NCBI GenBank assembly: GCA_964435035.1
Contig: CAYSXR010000001.1
Location: 212,622 to 276,621 of the forward strand
DNA from: an uncultured Gammaproteobacteria bacterium
Lineage (GTDB): Bacteria > Patescibacteriota > Patescibacteriia > Magasanikbacterales > UBA922
Direction: 5' to 3'
DNA: 64,000 nucleotides
Part shown: positions 17,865-26,973 of the stretch, in pieces
Position numbering within the stretch: position 1 is the first letter of the stretch
Layout: each line of letters opens with the position of its first letter
Made by a program: the position numbers and the translations under genes
Notes under the pieces: model-generated
Database searches by the model: none
What the model saw: the letters and a program-made list of their open reading frames with translations, nothing else
What the model was told of the DNA's origin: nothing

Positions 17865-20128
17865 TTGCTACTATACTATATATAGTCGCGTGGATGGTAC
17901 TCGGTGGATTTTCCATGACTGCGTATTCATCAATCTTTGCAAAAAATTGTTTTTTTCAATCAAGCACATTATTGTGTCCGGCAACATTAACACTCGGGCA
18001 GAAAATACTGAGCTTTTCGGCGGTCATATTCATGATTATCGCATTTCTTTTTTTTGGACGCATTATATGGAAATGGTTTAAAGAACAGAATGTTCCTTCA
18101 AAATGGAAGTATGGTCTCGGGTTTGGAATTATAGCGATCGCTCTATTGGTAGTGCCTTTTGGGTCAAGTGACATGAGTTATTATTTTGCTGCAGGCAGAG
18201 CACAGGTTGATGGACTGAATATCTATACCGAGGCCTGGCAAATGGAAAAAGATTTTGTCTATCCAGTGCCTCACGATACAATTATAGGATTTTCATATGG
18301 TCCTATAATTGCGCACATATTCAGAATGTTATATCAGGTATCAGGCGGGGAGATTGTGTGGTTCATGTTGTACTGGAAAATGTTCATGTTTAGTTGTATT
18401 GTTGTAGCTGTTCTTTTAATAAAAAAGTTGATACATATACTTGGTTCATTAATAGATAAGAAAGCTCTGTATGCTGTATTTCTACTGCAACCATTAGTAC
18501 TATTTGAAGTTCTGGTTAATGGGCATTTTGATGTATTGTGGATACTCGCAGTGCTTGCGGCAATTATCTATGCTCACAAAAAAAGATGGTCACTGGTTAT
18601 CCCATTGTTGATTGTGGGTGTTTGGATCAAATTTGTTCCAGCACTCATCGCACCTTTTTTTCTTTTATGGTGGTGGCAATCATTCACCAAAGAAAATTGG
18701 AAAATACAGATGTATGAAACAGTAGTAGGCGTGTCTCTTGGTGCTTTAGTAACTGTTGCTGCATGGTACTCGTATTGGGAGGGCTTCTCAGTGTTCAAAT
18801 CAGTCGTTATACAATCCAAGTGGGCTGTCCTAACTCTGTTTGCATCATTTTATTTTTCACTCAAGCCATTGTTTGTTAGTTGGTTTCAGGATGATGCACA
18901 CTGGGTACTTACTCGACTAGTGCACGGATTAGTATTTGCTATATTTGCATACTTCCTTTGGCCATATGTGAAAAAAGTTATTGCGATTACGCAAAAAAAA
19001 ATAACCTGGAGTACTGGTGAATATATAACTGCAATGTTTGTATTCTTATTAGTATATTTGTTGGTATGGCAAAAGTCATTTTTACCATGGTATGGGTTGT
19101 GGTTTTTACCATTTGGCTTGATATTGTACAGCATTTATAAGAATATTTTGGTGTTTCGAATTACGAGATGGCTTATGATTGCACCGTTTGTATACTATTT
19201 GTTATGGCTCATTGACTGGTATCTCACGAGAACTGACGCAGCAGCTGAGATATGGTTTTGTTGGTCAATAGTCGCAATCGTATTTCTGTATCCACTCCAC
19301 AATCTACTTGTGTGGAGGAAAAATTCTTTTGAAATTAAAGAATCTACCGCAGAACATCAGTTTTCAAAGGGCGAAAGTCCGATTAGTTTTGTGTTTCGTC
19401 AGATATATAAAATAGTTTTTGCTTATCCATTTAGTACATTTGTCGCAGGTATTTTTCTTTTTAAAAAATCATCAAACAAAGAAAAGAAAGAATATACGCA
19501 TTGTTTTATTATCACCTCAGTTATTTATCCAAAAAATACAGCATTGAGTTATGCGTCCACTCGGTCAGTCTATTCTCCAGAGAAAAGATATGAGCAGACT
19601 ATTGCTACTATTAATTCAATACGTACCAGAGTGCCTGATGCATATATTATTTGTATTGAGGCAGGGCTTGAATCAGATCCATTTGATTTGAAACATAGTG
19701 TTGATACCTATATATATGGGGGCAGTAATAGATGGGTGCGCCATGCATGCGACAGCAGTCTCAAAAGTTTGGGTGAAGCGGTGATGCTTTTATTCGCCTA
19801 TAAGAAGTTGCCTATAGCAGAGAGATATTTCAAAATAAGTGGGAGATATTGCCTAACAAATGATTTTAGTCTAGAGGATTGGGAGAAAAGTGAAATAGTA
19901 TATCACTATATTCGTCCTGATTTTATTTCAACAAGACTGTATGGCTTTGCTGCGACCATGAAGCAAGAATGGTATAAGGCACTTATTGCAGGTGTTCCAT
20001 ATCTATTCCTCGATTATCCGATAGAGTATACGCTTGCACGTTTTACTAAGAGAGAAAAAATTTCAAAAATTGAAAAAGTAGGTATCGAAGGCACTGACGC
20101 CACTAATGGGAAAAAGGTAAGAGAATAA
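17861..20128 (+). CDS. Polytopic membrane protein (about 14 TM, GT-C/DUF2029-like) fused to a C-terminal about 250-aa soluble domain of unknown function
   Basis: Hydrophobic N-terminal 500 aa with a long loop rich in aromatic residues. The C-terminal domain (SPEKRYEQTIATINSIRTRVPDAYIICIEAGL...YGFAATMKQEWYKAL) gave no family match by inspection. Confidence 0.45.
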   Translation: MIATILYIVAWMVLGGFSMTAYSSIFAKNCFFQSSTLLCPATLTLGQKILSFSAVIFMIIAFLFFGRIIWKWFKEQNVPSKWKYGLGFGIIAIALLVVPFGSSDMSYYFAAGRAQVDGLNIYTEAWQMEKDFVYPVPHDTIIGFSYGPIIAHIFRMLYQVSGGEIVWFMLYWKMFMFSCIVVAVLLIKKLIHILGSLIDKKALYAVFLLQPLVLFEVLVNGHFDVLWILAVLAAIIYAHKKRWSLVIPLLIVGVWIKFVPALIAPFFLLWWWQSFTKENWKIQMYETVVGVSLGALVTVAAWYSYWEGFSVFKSVVIQSKWAVLTLFASFYFSLKPLFVSWFQDDAHWVLTRLVHGLVFAIFAYFLWPYVKKVIAITQKKITWSTGEYITAMFVFLLVYLLVWQKSFLPWYGLWFLPFGLILYSIYKNILVFRITRWLMIAPFVYYLLWLIDWYLTRTDAAAEIWFCWSIVAIVFLYPLHNLLVWRKNSFEIKESTAEHQFSKGESPISFVFRQIYKIVFAYPFSTFVAGIFLFKKSSNKEKKEYTHCFIITSVIYPKNTALSYASTRSVYSPEKRYEQTIATINSIRTRVPDAYIICIEAGLESDPFDLKHSVDTYIYGGSNRWVRHACDSSLKSLGEAVMLLFAYKKLPIAERYFKISGRYCLTNDFSLEDWEKSEIVYHYIRPDFISTRLYGFAATMKQEWYKALIAGVPYLFLDYPIEYTLARFTKREKISKIEKVGIEGTDATNGKKVRE

Positions 20129-20132
20129 TTGT

Positions 20133-21434
20133 ATGAATATAGTCACCCTAGTCAAGGAACTCAAGGATAAAAAATTTGTACGTGATACGACGTATTTATA
20201 TGTGAGTGCTGTTCTGAATGGTTTGTCATTATTTTTGGTGAGTGTATTGCTTGGTCGTAATTTCGAAAAAGAATGGTTTGCAATTTTCTCACTTTCAATT
20301 CTTGCGCTGAGTACTGTCGCAGAAATGTCTGATCTGGGGCTCAATGGGGGATTGCTTCGATTTGCCCCATTCTATATTGCTCATCAAGAATTCGATAAAT
20401 TAAAACAGTTAGTAAAAACAGTTGCGAAGTGGAGACTGATTATGGCAACATTAGTCACAGTACTCGGTATATTGTTGTCTTATCCAATAGCTCATTTCAT
20501 CTTGAAACAAGAAGAGATGGTTGGATACCTTGCATTTTCGTTTATGGGTATTGGTGGTGTAATCTTTTTAGGATTTATTTCGACCTATCTACAATCTGCA
20601 CAAAGATTTTTTTATCATGCAGGATTGCAGACGCTCAAAGGGGTGTTACGGCTTGGTCTCATTGGATTGTTAATTTTATTAGGCGTTACCAATATCTATT
20701 ATTATCTCGGAGTATACATTTGTGTACCATGGGTATTATTCATTGTTAATTTTCATGTATTGCCACGTGGATTTGTACGGGTAATAATTGATGATGAGGT
20801 GCGAAAAAAAATGCATACCCAATTAGCAAAATTTAGTGCGTGGCTTACGATCTGGTCATTATTTTCGATTGTTGCGAGTAGGATTGATCAGGTAATAATT
20901 AGTCGGTATCTTGGCCTCGAAGAGGTCGCAATCTATGCGGTTGCGTACCAACTGATACAATTTTATCCCTACATTGCACAATCGATAACTGCAGTTCTTG
21001 CTCCAAAAATAAACGGGCTACATTCTGCAGAAGAAATTCAAGCTTTTTTAAAGCGTTCGTTGAAGTGGATTGTATTGATAATAATTGGAGTTGGTATAGT
21101 GGTTTACCCCTCACAATATGTAATCACTTTGTTATTTGGTACTGAGTATGTGGGGGCACTGCCAGTATATCTGGTATTGGCGTACAGTCTGGTATTGAAT
21201 TTACTGAGTGTACCATTTTCTCTGGTTATTACCGCGTACAACCGAACGTACCTGATGGCTTTTTCAGGAGTAGTACAGTTGGTCATTAATATTATTGGCA
21301 CCATTCTCCTTATTCCACGTTTTGGAATTATGGGAGCAGGGTATACATTTTTGCTTGGTATTGTGGTATCGGTAGTATATAATATGATCTGCTCATATTA
21401 CTTACTTACGTATAAAAAAATTATTGTTGAATGA
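20133..21434 (+). CDS. wzx: Polysaccharide flippase (Wzx / MOP-superfamily O-unit exporter)
   Basis: 433 aa with about 12 TM helices and the typical Wzx architecture. It sits in a polysaccharide locus next to GT genes. Confidence 0.65.
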   Translation: MNIVTLVKELKDKKFVRDTTYLYVSAVLNGLSLFLVSVLLGRNFEKEWFAIFSLSILALSTVAEMSDLGLNGGLLRFAPFYIAHQEFDKLKQLVKTVAKWRLIMATLVTVLGILLSYPIAHFILKQEEMVGYLAFSFMGIGGVIFLGFISTYLQSAQRFFYHAGLQTLKGVLRLGLIGLLILLGVTNIYYYLGVYICVPWVLFIVNFHVLPRGFVRVIIDDEVRKKMHTQLAKFSAWLTIWSLFSIVASRIDQVIISRYLGLEEVAIYAVAYQLIQFYPYIAQSITAVLAPKINGLHSAEEIQAFLKRSLKWIVLIIIGVGIVVYPSQYVITLLFGTEYVGALPVYLVLAYSLVLNLLSVPFSLVITAYNRTYLMAFSGVVQLVINIIGTILLIPRFGIMGAGYTFLLGIVVSVVYNMICSYYLLTYKKIIVE

Positions 21435-21435
21435 T

Positions 21436-22233
21436 ATGAGTCTCACTGCTCACTGTCTGATTAAGAATGAGGAAAATTTTATTGAGTATGCAGTTCTTTC
21501 TGTAATTGATTTTGTTGATCAAATTTTGATTTTTGATACAGGTTCTACGGATAAGACTGTTCACATTCTTAAAAGAATTCAAAAACAATTTCCTGATAAG
21601 GTTATTTTTGAAGAAAAAGGAGAATGCGATAAAATAAAACACACTCAATTGCGCCAGGAAATGTTAGATCGAACAAATACTGAATGGTTTATGGTGTTGG
21701 ATGGAGATGAAGTGTGGACACGTAGAGCTATGGAAGAGGCTGTAAACTTAATTAAAAAAAATAAAGAAATAAAGTGCATTATTACACCTTTTTATCTGTG
21801 TGTAGGAGATGTCTTTCATGCATACCCGGTAAGAAAGAATTTTAGCATGCTCGGGAAAAAGGGATTTTTTACAGTTCGCTTTTTTCAAAAATCTCATGTA
21901 AGATGGGTCGGGGAGTATGGGGTAGATACTCTTGTTGATAGTTCAAACTCACTAGCATTCAATAATAGTAATTCTCTTTTTTTAAAGGAAAAATTTTGGC
22001 ATTTAACTCATTTAGAAAGATCATCATTACAAGACGATATTTTTTCTTCAGGAGGTTATCGAACGTTAAAATTAAGAGAAACTTATTTTTTGATTGGTAG
22101 AAAAATACAAGAGGATATACCTGAAGTGTTTGATAGTATTTTTATAAAAAAAAATAAATTATTTTTTTTAAAATCTTTAATTAATTTTATTATATGGAGT
22201 ATAAGGAGACTTATGAAAAGTTTTGGAAATTAG
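21436..22233 (+). CDS. GT2-like glycosyltransferase domain protein
   Basis: HCLIKNEENFIEYAVLSVIDFVDQILIFDTGSTDKT and VLDGDEVW (DxD) motifs are present. The start is set at the ATG at 21436, just after the wzx stop. Confidence 0.5.
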   Translation: MSLTAHCLIKNEENFIEYAVLSVIDFVDQILIFDTGSTDKTVHILKRIQKQFPDKVIFEEKGECDKIKHTQLRQEMLDRTNTEWFMVLDGDEVWTRRAMEEAVNLIKKNKEIKCIITPFYLCVGDVFHAYPVRKNFSMLGKKGFFTVRFFQKSHVRWVGEYGVDTLVDSSNSLAFNNSNSLFLKEKFWHLTHLERSSLQDDIFSSGGYRTLKLRETYFLIGRKIQEDIPEVFDSIFIKKNKLFFLKSLINFIIWSIRRLMKSFGN

Positions 22234-22871
22234 CTATTAATAATAAATTTGAGGATTACGAACGCAATCTCATTCTTGAAAGTTTTTTTCCAAAAACGAA
22301 CAATAAAGAAAAAGTGGCAGATATTGCCGGGGGTTCAGGCATTGTATCAGAGTGGATGGAAAAACAAGGATATGAGGTAACCTTGATAGAATTTAGTGAT
22401 AATGCTGTTGCGCAGGCTAAGATAAGAGGAATAAAAAATATTTATCAAGGAATGGTTGAGAAGAGAGGAAGTCTGCCTTTTTCAGATGATTCTTTTGATA
22501 TAGTTTTTTTTGGCGATATCATTGAGCATTTGTTTGATCCTGAATCAGCGCTGTTAGAGATGAGTAGAATCTTAAAACCAGGAGGTAAACTGATTATCTC
22601 TTGTCCTAATGTTGCTTATTGGAGATTTAGAACTTATTATCTTGTAGATGGAGATTTTCATCGTGTTGATGTTGCAAAACAAAAGCCATGGGAACAGGAA
22701 CACATTCGTTTTTTTAATATAAAAATTTTAAAAGAATTTTTACAAAAACTTAGATTTAGTTTTTTACGCTATGAAGGTGTGAACAATATTTGGCACTCCC
22801 GTTTCCTTGCTAGCTATTTCCCCAATTTATTTGCTCACACTATTGTTTCAGAATTTATAAATAAAAAATAA
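22194..22871 (+). CDS. Class I SAM-dependent methyltransferase (type 11)
   Basis: ADIAGGSGIVS (motif I) and the FSDDSFDIVFFGDIIEHLFDP, LKPGGKLIIS motifs are present. Confidence 0.65.
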   Translation: MEYKETYEKFWKLAINNKFEDYERNLILESFFPKTNNKEKVADIAGGSGIVSEWMEKQGYEVTLIEFSDNAVAQAKIRGIKNIYQGMVEKRGSLPFSDDSFDIVFFGDIIEHLFDPESALLEMSRILKPGGKLIISCPNVAYWRFRTYYLVDGDFHRVDVAKQKPWEQEHIRFFNIKILKEFLQKLRFSFLRYEGVNNIWHSRFLASYFPNLFAHTIVSEFINKK

Positions 22872-22881
22872 TTTATTACAT

Positions 22882-23559
22882 TTGAAACATTGTATGAAAA
22901 GAAACTATAGGTATGATCCAAATCCAGTCAATACACACATGCTTTTGTTAAATGAAATAGCCGAGAATACTCGAGTTCTTGAAGTGGGTACTGCGAGCGG
23001 TTACTTGGGTGAATACCTGATACACGAGAAGAAGTGTGAAGTATGGGGAGTAGAGCCTATGCGTGAATTATATCTCGACGCAGAGAGTATTGGATATACA
23101 AAACTGTTCAATAAAACAGCTGAGGAGTGTATTCGAGATAATGATCTGAAGGATCAAAAATTTGATTATATATTATTGGGAGATGTGCTTGAACACATGA
23201 CCAATCCTCATGCAGTGATGAAAAGCTTGCGGGAGTACTTGAAGCCAGAAGGTAAATGTGTGATTTCACTCCCGAATGTTGCACATTACTCAATACGCTG
23301 GGCATTGCTCAGAGGTAAATGGGATATGACTGATTCAGGAATTATGGATCGGACTCATTTTGTATTTTTTACCAGGAAAACAATGCGTGAGATGATCGAG
23401 CAAAGCGGATATGAGATTGTACTCGACCGCCCATCAGCTGGGTATATTGAGAGATTTTTGCGTCGAGCTGCACATGTGGGTAGACGAGTGCTCTTTATGT
23501 TTCCCGAATTGTGCGCAGTGCAATTTATACTTACAGCAAAACCAAAGAAAGATATATGA
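22882..23559 (+). CDS. Class I SAM-dependent methyltransferase (tandem paralog of 22194)
   Basis: EVGTASGYLG, FDYILLGDVLEHMTNP and LKPEGKCVISLPNVAHY motifs. Domain order is the same as in the upstream methyltransferase. Confidence 0.65.
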   Translation: MKHCMKRNYRYDPNPVNTHMLLLNEIAENTRVLEVGTASGYLGEYLIHEKKCEVWGVEPMRELYLDAESIGYTKLFNKTAEECIRDNDLKDQKFDYILLGDVLEHMTNPHAVMKSLREYLKPEGKCVISLPNVAHYSIRWALLRGKWDMTDSGIMDRTHFVFFTRKTMREMIEQSGYEIVLDRPSAGYIERFLRRAAHVGRRVLFMFPELCAVQFILTAKPKKDI

Positions 23560-24260
23560 TTCGAGTAGAGATTGCAATCCTCTCATACAATGAGTCAAAA
23601 AATATACCCGTATTGATGGAGTTTCTTTCGGTTGTGCGCGGACAGTTACGTGAAGTTGATCTGCATATGGTAATTATTAATAATGGGTCGACTGATGATA
23701 CTGAAGAGGTGATTCGACAGATTGAATCAAAATATTCGTTTGTTCGTCATTATACAATTCCTGTAAACAAAGGGTATGGGTATGGTGTGCGTACTGGTCT
23801 CAACAACTTGAATGGGGATATTGTAGGCTTCATGTGGGGGGATAATCAATTCGACGTAGCAATCCTACTCCCAATGATTAATGCGTTTGTTGAAAATACT
23901 ACTATTAAAATAGTGAAAACATATCGAGTGGCACGGCATGATGGTAAGCTCAGACTATGGGTGAGTAAAATGTATCAATTATTATTCCGTTTGTTGTACG
24001 GCATCTACACTCATGACATTAATTCTGGTCCAAAATTATTTCGGTCTAGTTTTTTGAACAAATTAGGAACCCTGGTTTCAGATGATTGGTTTATTGATGC
24101 TGAAATAATGATAAAAGCAACGAGACTTATTCAATCTAATGAGGTCAGAGAATTTCCAATTACTTTTTTTCCACGCAAATTTGGAAAATCAAATGTACGA
24201 TTGAGTACCTGTTTTCAGTTTTTGTGGAACCTGATTAAATACAAGTTTATAAAACTCTGA
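23556..24260 (+). CDS. GT2 glycosyltransferase (polyprenyl-phosphate sugar synthase-like)
   Basis: EIAILSYNESKNIPVL...IINNGSTDDT and a GDNQFD motif are present. The start is moved to the ATG at 23556 (MIRVEI). Confidence 0.7.
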   Translation: MIRVEIAILSYNESKNIPVLMEFLSVVRGQLREVDLHMVIINNGSTDDTEEVIRQIESKYSFVRHYTIPVNKGYGYGVRTGLNNLNGDIVGFMWGDNQFDVAILLPMINAFVENTTIKIVKTYRVARHDGKLRLWVSKMYQLLFRLLYGIYTHDINSGPKLFRSSFLNKLGTLVSDDWFIDAEIMIKATRLIQSNEVREFPITFFPRKFGKSNVRLSTCFQFLWNLIKYKFIKL

Positions 24261-24264
24261 TCGT

Positions 24265-25149
24265 ATGAAAAAAAAGATGGTTTTTATAACAGGTGCGACA
24301 GGTTTTTTGGGACAACATCTGGTACCCCATTTGATGAAGCAGGGTTTTCGGGTTGCGGCATTAGTAAGAAACAAGAAAAAGATTACTATCTTTGGGCAGA
24401 ATGCTTCAAAAATCATATGGTGCACCAAAGAGAGTGAGATAGATCGGGTGTTCAATCAAGGGGTTGATTGTGTAATACATTGCGCGACAAGCTATGGGCG
24501 AGAAAAAGATACTTTTGCAGATGTGGTTGAGGCGAATGTTCTATTGCCTGTGAACATTCTCGAAAAAGCATGTATGTACGGCTGTCCATTATTTATTAAT
24601 ACGGATACATTCTTTCATGAAAAATTAGGACTTAAATCAAAAGAAAAAAGTTATATCACTACCAAAAAATTATTTCTTGAGCTTGCTCGGAGTATTATTC
24701 AGGGAAGTGACATGTGTTTTGTAAACATGCGTTTGGAGCAGATGTACGGCCCTTTTGATAGTCGTGATAAATTTGTTATGAGCATTATTCAACAGTTACG
24801 TGCCGGAATACCACAAATCAAATTAACTGAAGGAAAACAAAAAAGAGATATGGTGTTTGTTGGTGACGTTGCGCGTGCATATACTTCTGTCATTGCGCAT
24901 GCTGATACCCTGAAACAATGGGAAGAATTTGGTATAGGGACGGGCTCTTCGGTGTCAATAAAAAATATCATAACGTTTCTAAAAAAAGAGACAAAGTCTG
25001 ATTCGCATCTGTTGTGGGGGCAAATACCCTATCGAGAGCATGAGATAATGGACTCAAAAGCGCAAGTGAAAAATAATAAAAAGATAGAGTGGAAAGCAGG
25101 GGTGGGTTGGAAGCAGGGTTTACAGAAGACGATAGAAAGTCTGTTATGA
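24265..25149 (+). CDS. NAD-dependent epimerase/dehydratase (SDR)
   Basis: Rossmann motif ITGATGFLGQHL. About 294 aa. Confidence 0.6.
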   Translation: MKKKMVFITGATGFLGQHLVPHLMKQGFRVAALVRNKKKITIFGQNASKIIWCTKESEIDRVFNQGVDCVIHCATSYGREKDTFADVVEANVLLPVNILEKACMYGCPLFINTDTFFHEKLGLKSKEKSYITTKKLFLELARSIIQGSDMCFVNMRLEQMYGPFDSRDKFVMSIIQQLRAGIPQIKLTEGKQKRDMVFVGDVARAYTSVIAHADTLKQWEEFGIGTGSSVSIKNIITFLKKETKSDSHLLWGQIPYREHEIMDSKAQVKNNKKIEWKAGVGWKQGLQKTIESLL

Positions 25150-26972
25150 TTTATTGGCTGGTACAATCCATTGCAGTTTTTGTGGTAGGCGTGCTGCAGC
25201 TAATCCCATTTTCTGATGCGGTAAGCGCTCTTGCGGAAGGCGTTTTTTCACTCACTTCAACTACCGGGTACTCAATGGCGCGGAGTATTCTTTCGTATGG
25301 GATATACTTTGGTATCATCGCCGTTGGTGTGTGTATATACCTTTTTCGTAGAAAAAGTATACATACTGAGAAAACTGTAGAATTGCAGATAGTAAAGAGT
25401 TCTATCCCTAGAAAAGAGTGGTATATTGTTTTTGCAACAATCATCTTATTCGGATTTTTAGTCGTTCTCTTTAGGGAAAGAGTTTTTGATGCGCGCGTGA
25501 TATACAGTGAAGAGTTTTATAATTTGTCAGCACTGATCGAATTCCAGGGCAAAAGTTTCGATATTATATATCCATATTCAATTGGAAATTTGATCATGTT
25601 ACAAGTATTTGGCTGGTTGGGTATAAGCTCTTTTGTGTTCAAAATTATCTTAAACTCGCTTGCATTGATATTTCTCTATTGGGCAATTAGCACACTTGTT
25701 TCAAAAATAAAAACCAGAATGTTTGCTTTTTTTTGGGTGATTATATTTTTTGTACAACCTCTGATTTCGCCTTCGATGCATCGAAATCTGTTTAGGTTTT
25801 TATTACCCGCACTCATTCCAATTGTATTAGAATACATTGCACGTCGCACGTATTCAAAATCTTATACCAAAATATTGTTATTAATACTGTTCAATAGTGC
25901 GCTATTATTTTTTGGATCTGCTGATATTCTTGCACTAGGGTATATTATTTACGGACTTCACGTAGTTGGTTTATGGTTTGAAAAGAGAAGTATAAGAGAG
26001 ACTGTACTGTTTCTATATACCCCCTTTATAGGAGTGCTTGGCATGCTCAGTATTACGAACTTTACATATATCGAAATATTGAAGAATCAATTATCTTCAA
26101 TTGTGTACTATTCTGGATATGCGAATACAACACCGTATCTTAGTCTATTTCAGATTTTTTCCAGTGAAAGTATAACGTCTCTTATAAAACAACTCATTTC
26201 TGCGCCAATTTATTATCTGCCCATACTTGTGATGGGAAGTACTGTAGTATTCATTATTCTGTCGTACAGAAAATATGGACTTAATGCGGGATATTTTAGA
26301 TTACTCTTTTTATTGGTAGTATCATATATACTCTATTTCAGACAAAATTTAGGAGACGCAGGAATTGGGAGAATTGGTATTGCAAGTTCTGTCTTGATAT
26401 TTATTGTGCTTACACTCACTCATTTTCGTGAGCGGGCAGCAAAAAGTATCATACAATGGAGTGTGGTATTTTTTATCCTAATTACCTTAGTAAGTGCATA
26501 CTCTTTTTATTATTCAGCACTCGATTTGAAAAATAACTATTTTAAACAGCAAAATCATGGCGGAATGATGCCTTGTAAAGATTCATTTATAGGTGAAAAG
26601 TTGCGTTTTGCAGGGTTTGAATGGTGTGATGCGGGTGTGATTGCTGATTTTGCTGTACTCAGAGAAAAAGTTGGTGATAATTCTATATACGTATATGACG
26701 ACACATTTGCTCTATACTATATACTGGGAAAGCGGCCTGTAGCCTTGATTCCTGCGTATTACATGGCGTATAGTAGGCAGGATATACTTCTTGAGAAGAT
26801 GGATAATGATAACATTGAAATATTGGTATATCCGAAAGACCTTCATTTTTTTGGAGTACCAAGTGAGTATCTGTCTGATTTTAGATTGATGAGTAGGGTT
26901 AATGCATATCGGGATGAGTATTTTGGAGAGCCTATTGATACTCCTCTCTACACTCTTTACGAAAAAAAATAA
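25146..26972 (+). CDS. Polytopic membrane protein with C-terminal soluble domain (possible O-antigen polymerase or GT-C transferase)
   Basis: About 14 TM helices followed by an about 140-aa hydrophilic tail. The start ATG at 25146 overlaps the previous stop (ATGA). No family motif could be confirmed by eye. Confidence 0.4.
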   Translation: MIYWLVQSIAVFVVGVLQLIPFSDAVSALAEGVFSLTSTTGYSMARSILSYGIYFGIIAVGVCIYLFRRKSIHTEKTVELQIVKSSIPRKEWYIVFATIILFGFLVVLFRERVFDARVIYSEEFYNLSALIEFQGKSFDIIYPYSIGNLIMLQVFGWLGISSFVFKIILNSLALIFLYWAISTLVSKIKTRMFAFFWVIIFFVQPLISPSMHRNLFRFLLPALIPIVLEYIARRTYSKSYTKILLLILFNSALLFFGSADILALGYIIYGLHVVGLWFEKRSIRETVLFLYTPFIGVLGMLSITNFTYIEILKNQLSSIVYYSGYANTTPYLSLFQIFSSESITSLIKQLISAPIYYLPILVMGSTVVFIILSYRKYGLNAGYFRLLFLLVVSYILYFRQNLGDAGIGRIGIASSVLIFIVLTLTHFRERAAKSIIQWSVVFFILITLVSAYSFYYSALDLKNNYFKQQNHGGMMPCKDSFIGEKLRFAGFEWCDAGVIADFAVLREKVGDNSIYVYDDTFALYYILGKRPVALIPAYYMAYSRQDILLEKMDNDNIEILVYPKDLHFFGVPSEYLSDFRLMSRVNAYRDEYFGEPIDTPLYTLYEKK

Positions 26973-26973
26973 T

